Positions 49,338-54,526 of a DNA stretch of 54,526 nt are shown piece after piece; within the stretch, counting starts at the first letter, position 1; each line of letters begins with the position of its first letter. The notes below the pieces were generated by a model, which was given only the letters and a program-made list of their open reading frames with translations, was not told the DNA's origin and searched no databases. The stretch comes from Octopus bimaculoides (lineage: Eukaryota), in the NCBI RefSeq assembly GCF_001194135.2, contig NC_068985.1, positions 16,898,166 to 16,952,691 of the forward strand, read 5' to 3'. A program made the position numbers and the translations under genes.

Positions 49338-50861
49338 TATATAAAATATTACAATTAGCCATAATTTTTGATGACACAGGGCCAGCTAGTAATAATGATA
49401 ATAATCCTTTCTACTATAGGCACAAAGCTTGAAATTTGTGGGGAGGGGGAAAGTTGATCACGTTGAGCCCAATACTTGACTGGTACTTAACTTATGGACC
49501 CCAAAAGGATGAATGGCAAAGTTGACCTTGGCAGAGAAACAACAATAATGGTTTCAAATTTTGCAACAAAGCCAGCAGTTTTAGTGGGAGAGAATTAGTC
49601 TACTGCATCAACCCCAATTCATGACTGGTACTTTATTTTATTGCCCCTGAAAGGATAAAAGTGCCGTTGGACTGGCTCCTGTGCAGATGGCACGTAAAAT
49701 ACACCATTTTGAGCATGGCCGTTGCCAGTACCGCCTGACTGGCCTTCGTGATGGTGACACGTAAAAGCACCCACTACACTCTCAGAGTGGTTGGCATTAG
49801 GAAGGGCATCCAGCTGTAGAAACTCTGCCAAATCAGATTGGAGCCTGGTGTAGCCATCTGGTTTCACCAGTCCTCAGTCAAATCATCCAACCCATGCTAG
49901 CATGGAAAGCGGACGTTACACGNNNNNNNNNNNNNNNNNNNNNNNNNNNNNNNNNNNNNNNNNNNNNNNNNNNNNNNNNNNNNNNNNNNNNNNNNNNNNN
50001 NNNNNNNNNNNNNNNNNNNNNNNNNNNNNNNNNNNNNNNNNNNNNNNNNNNNNNNNNNNNNNNNNNNNNNNNNNNNNNNNNNNNNNNNNNNNNNNNNNNN
50101 NNNNNNNNNNNNNNNNNNNNNNNNNNNNNNNNNNNNNNNNNNNNNNNNNNNNNNNNNNNNNNNNNNNNNNNNNNNNNNNNNNNNNNNNNNNNNNNNNNNN
50201 NNNNNNNNNNNNNNNNNNNNNNNNNNNNNNNNNNNNNNNNNNNNNNNNNNNNNNNNNNNNNNNNNNNNNNNNNNNNNNNNNNNNNNNNNNNNNNNNNNNN
50301 NNNNNNNNNNNNNNNNNNNNNNNNNNNNNNNNNNNNNNNNNNNNNNNNNNNNNNNNNNNNNNNNNNNNNNNNNNNNNNNNNNNNNNNNNNNNNNNNNNNN
50401 NNNNNNNNNNNNNNNNNNNNNNNNNNNNNNNNNNNNNNNNNNNNNNNNNNNNNNNNNNNNNNNNNNNNNNNNNNNNNNNNNNNNNNNNNNNNNNNNNNNN
50501 NNNNNNNNNNNNNNNNNNNNNNNNNNNNNNNNNNNNNNNNNNNNNNNNNNNNNNNNNNNNNNNNNNNNNNNNNNNNNNNNNNNNNNNNNNNNNNNNNNNN
50601 NNNNNNNNNNNNNNNNNNNNNNNNNNNNNNNNNNNNNNNNNNNNNNNNNNNNNNNNNNNNNNNNNNNNNNNNNNNNNNNNNNNNNNNNNNNNNNNNNNNN
50701 NNNNNNNNNNNNNNNNNNNNNNNNNNNNNNNNNNNNNNNNNNNNNNNNNNNNNNNNNNNNNNNNNNNNNNNNNNNNNNNNNNNNNNNNNNNNNNNNNNNN
50801 NNNNNNNNNNNNNNNNNNNNNNNNNNNNNNNNNNNNNNNNNNNNGTTTTTCACCCTGGAAT

Positions 50862-50899
<38 letters not shown>

Positions 50900-51119
50900 T
50901 GTAAGTATGTACATATATGTATGTATGAATGCATATGTATACATACATATATATCATCATCATCATCGTCGTCGTCGTCGTTTAACATCTGCTTTCTATG
51001 CTAGCATGGGTTGGACGATTTGACTGAGGACTGGTGAAACCAGATGGCTACAACAGGCTCCAATCTGATTTGGCAGAGTTTCTACAGCTGGATGCCCTTC
51101 CTAACGCCAACCACTTTGA

Positions 51120-51161
<42 letters not shown>

Positions 51162-52002
51162 TATATTATATATGTATGTATATATGCAAATTGTAACAAA
51201 TTTTTCAATACCACTTTGAATAATTTGAAAGAAGATACTGCTATTAAATAGTATTTCCAATTTGTTCAACTTTATTATTTAGATGATTTTTACACACATA
51301 CACACATGCATATAGACATAAGCATCAACTCTTGATTCCAATCTTCTGTGAAAACATGTCCACTGCAATAGCCATAGGCTGACTAAGCTTTTGTAAAAGG
51401 ATTTGGTAGACAGAAACTGAAAGAAACCCAATGTGTGTATGTGTATAAATATATGCGTATATGTAATGTATGTCTGTGTGTATGCATGTGTGTGTGTGTC
51501 TGCGTCTCTTTCTGTTGAGATTATACAATAGATGTATATGAGTATCAGCATAGTACAAGTCACGTCCTTTGTTTCTAATCTTCCTAGAAAATATATCCAA
51601 CCAAGGGAAAATATTACCTTGCATGGAAACAGGTGAAGGTTGTGGATAAGAAGGACATTCAGCCATAGAAAATCTTTATCAATGTCTCCCATCTCACTCA
51701 TGCAAGCATGAAAAAGTGGATGTTAAAACAATGATAATAATGTTTGTGTGTGTACAAAAGATGTCTCTGCTGTTTCAATCTATCAAATTATATACACTCA
51801 CCAGACATCAGTGAGCCACTGATTATGGTAGAAAATACTTATTTAGATTCCAAGCTGTGGAATCAAATACAGAATTAAATGGTTGTGAAACAAACTTCTT
51901 GATAACACAACTGTATCTGTCAGCTCAGAAGAAAGGTTTGTGTTTCGTAGCAATAAATATGATTATTAATGACAGATTTAAGAAAACTCAACTGATACTC
52001 AC

Positions 52003-52030
52003 AGTATGATACATTGGCAGCAGGGGTAAT
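52003..52030 (-). CDS. Possible 28-nt upstream micro-exon of the IL17R-like gene (ITPAANVSY)
   Basis: Strong acceptor tttccttttttcttgccag| and donor ACT|gtgagt; phase 0-1 joins exon 47632 in frame and adds an NVS sequon. No upstream partner exon identified. Confidence 0.5.
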
Positions 52031-52809
52031 CTGGCAAGAAAAAGGAAATATATTCAGTAAATACAGGAACTGATAATATTTTATGAATTCTAACAGGACA
52101 GAAAATAGTTTTGTATCAAAGCTGCTGTTATGTTTAAAAATTTGTTCTGAATGTTTATTTGAGAGCAGTAAAAGGTGATTAAAACAGTTTAAAACAGATT
52201 AAATTGTTCAATGCAACTATTTTTATTTAGTCCAACATCAGCTCAGATCAAGCAGACCCATAATCAAAGGCATTCCATTTGTGACCATCCTGTCGTGTGC
52301 GTGTGTGTGTGTGTGTGTGTGCGTGTGCATATATGTGTGTGTTGTGTGTGCATATATGTGTGTGTCTTTGTGTATGTATTTATGTGTGTATATCTGTTGT
52401 ATTTGTGCTTGTACATCCCCACCACTTGAGAAACGTTTTTAATAAGTCAAACCTATAAGCCATGAAGTTTTGCATAATCAAATGTTTCATTAGGTTCTGT
52501 ATGATCAAAGATGTTCCGTTACAGTTCAGTAGGCAGTCCTGGAAAAAGCTTCCACATTTGAAGCTCCCTTTACATCTCATTCCCCATTCCATACACTTGG
52601 AAAATATGCTCTAAAACCAGCCATCTCTGCTCATTAAGGCTCACCACCACATGCGCACATATACCAACACCAAGTATATCAATGTTCATTTCTACAGTTC
52701 ACCATCCTAGTCTAGCATTTTATGTATTGATCCCACTTCCCTAGAAGGTTGACAAGTAAAGTTGACCTCAGCAAAACACTTAAAATGCAAGGAGCCAGAA
52801 TAAATACTC

Positions 52810-53396
52810 CAATGCATTTTGTCTTATAGTCGGCTGACTCTTGAAATTCGTCATCCAAAGTTGTACATAAATTGAAGTTTGCCTAAAGTTATTTCATAGC
52901 TAATGTGGTCTCCATCACTGCTATTTGTGATATTTCATTGCTTGTTTGCTCGCCATCATTGTTTTGATGATACTTTATAACTATTTTGTTGTTCATTGAT
53001 GTTGTTTGTGGTGAGATGACTTATAACACTGCCACTCAGAGTTACGTCAGTTGGTCCTGCCAGTCCTGGTTAGTCCTGGTAATCTCCCTTCTGTAAGCTC
53101 TTCTACTTCAGAAACCAGAGATATCATTGGTATAATTTGCTGACTGGTTAGAAAAGTTAACAATATAGACTTGTTTCAGCACCAGTTTGTCCGAGCAGAT
53201 GAACAAGATGGTGCAGTAGTTGATTAGTCTAAAAAAGGATTACATATGCTCAGTTGTTGATACCATTTTGCCTGATTAGATGAACAAAATGATGCGACAG
53301 TTGACTGCTTTGAAAAGAGAGAACATAGGCCGCTGGTGCTTCTTGCTGTTACAATGGAAATTACAAATGTATAAATCATATACTGGATGATTGCTT
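52810..53396 (-). pseudogene. Possible decayed SEFIR-type exon of another paralog
   Basis: Acceptor atatgttaacag|. One frame reads PVYDLYICNFHCNSKKHQRPMFSLFKAVNCRIILFI*...FFRLINYCTILFICSDKLV..., protein-like for ~200 codons with scattered stops. Resemblance judged by eye only. Confidence 0.3.
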
Positions 53397-53459
53397 CTGT
53401 TAACATATAGCACAAATATAGATCCCTTCAAATGTCAGTGGGGGGATCCTTAGCATTAT

Positions 53460-54362
53460 TAGACAGTTTCTGTTACTTAGGTGATCAAGATAGTAGTGGT
53501 GGACTTTGTTCTGAAAGCATAGCTGCTTGAATAATGAGAGGCTGGGCAAAGTCTAGAGTGCTACTACTTCTGTTAGTAATGAAGGGCTTCTACCTCAGAG
53601 TGAAAGGCAAATTGTATGATGCCTGTGTATGAATAGCTATGCTACATGGCAGTGAAACATTGGCTGTGACTGCTGGGGATATGTGAAGGCTTGTAAGAAA
53701 TGAAACCAGTATGCTTCACTGGATGGGTAATGCCAGTGTGCATATACAACAGAGTGCAAGTGATTTGAGAGAAAAACTGGGTATGCGATGCATCAGATGT
53801 AGTGTATAAGAGAGAAGACTGTGCTGGTACAGTCATGCAATGCATATGAATGAAGACAGTTGCATCAAGATGTACCGATCTCTAATTGTAGAGGGAACAC
53901 GTGGAAGAGGTAGACCAAGAAAGACATGCGACAAATTTGTGAGAAAGGATCTACAGAAGTTGGGCCTCACAGAGAGGATGACAGGAGATCAAGACTTCAG
54001 GTGATTTGTTGAGAAGATATGTCAAGCTAAGTAAAATCGGTGTTATCCTTGCATACAGGCATGTCATCTGCATCCCTCTTCAGCTGAGAGTTTCTAATCT
54101 TGTGGGCTCGTGGCTGTTGGTGTCATACAAAAACACCCTTGCTGGTGCTGTGTAAAAATACCTAGTACACTCTGTAAAGTGATTGGGATTAGGAAGGGCA
54201 TCCAGCTGTAGAAACCATGCCAAAATGCACATGGAACCCAGGCAGCTCTTCAGTTGGCTAGCTCCTTTCAAACCATCCAACCCATGCGAACATGCAAAAC
54301 GAACGTTAAATGATGATGATGATGACAATGATGATGATGACAATGATGATGATGATGATGAT
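53460..54362 (+). mobile_element. RTE LINE 3' end with 3' UTR and (GAT)n tail
   Basis: FCYLGDQ..., KGKLYDACV, HGSETLAVT, ERRLCWY.H and GRGRPRKT. Continues into family A-like sequence (aggaagggcatccagctgtagaaac...catccaacccatgc) and (GAT)n. Confidence 0.85.
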
Positions 54363-54526
54363 GGTTGTGGTGGTGGTGGTGGTGGTGGTGGTGGTGGTTG
54401 TGGTGGTTGTGGTGATGATGATATATTTAGAGAGTGGTAGGAAGAAAGAAAGAGAGAAAGAGAGAGAAAAAGAATGAGAGAGCAAGTAAGCAAGTGAGAG
54501 AAAGAGAGAGAGAAAGAGAGAAAGAA
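54363..54526. repeat. (GGT)n and GA-rich simple repeats
   Basis: Directly visible. Confidence 0.9.

Noticed and set aside
39055-51023. Long 'ORFs' of 160-370 aa in the ORF track
   Set aside because: They are runs of N translated as X, often extended by (CA)/(TA) microsatellites, and are not coding evidence.

Overview
AT-rich, repeat-dense animal DNA from a gapped draft assembly (8 N-runs). The SINE, MITE and microsatellite content looks like an octopus genome; this is an inference from repeat style only. The main result is a spliced minus-strand gene that the ORF track hides. Nine phase-compatible GT-AG exons (47632 to 29418), plus a possible 28-nt micro-exon at 52030-52003, join into an open ~575-aa type-I membrane protein. 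It has two FnIII-like ectodomain modules resembling IL-17RA, a Ser/Thr stalk, one TM helix, and a SEFIR domain with the IL-17RA-type C-terminal extension, so it is an IL-17 receptor-like gene. Its signal-peptide exon was not found. Around it are a partial duplicate of its SEFIR-extension sequence (28486-28815), a possible decayed SEFIR exon (~52810-53396), and a second minus-strand exon series (14570 to 327) with one clean coding exon and several broken ectodomain-like exons. Together these suggest a tandem IL-17R cluster undergoing birth and death. A CpG-richer region at ~14.7-15.9 kb with a palindromic ETS dyad looks like a divergent promoter, possibly also driving a plus-strand spliced transcript with only a short ORF. 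The rest is TE debris: mariner/Tc1 relics, MITEs, RTE, CR1/L2-like, RLE-type and Penelope-like retroelement fragments (one RTE has 5'-inversion geometry), tRNA-derived SINEs and simple repeats. All assignments were made by manual reading and translation; no database search was run.
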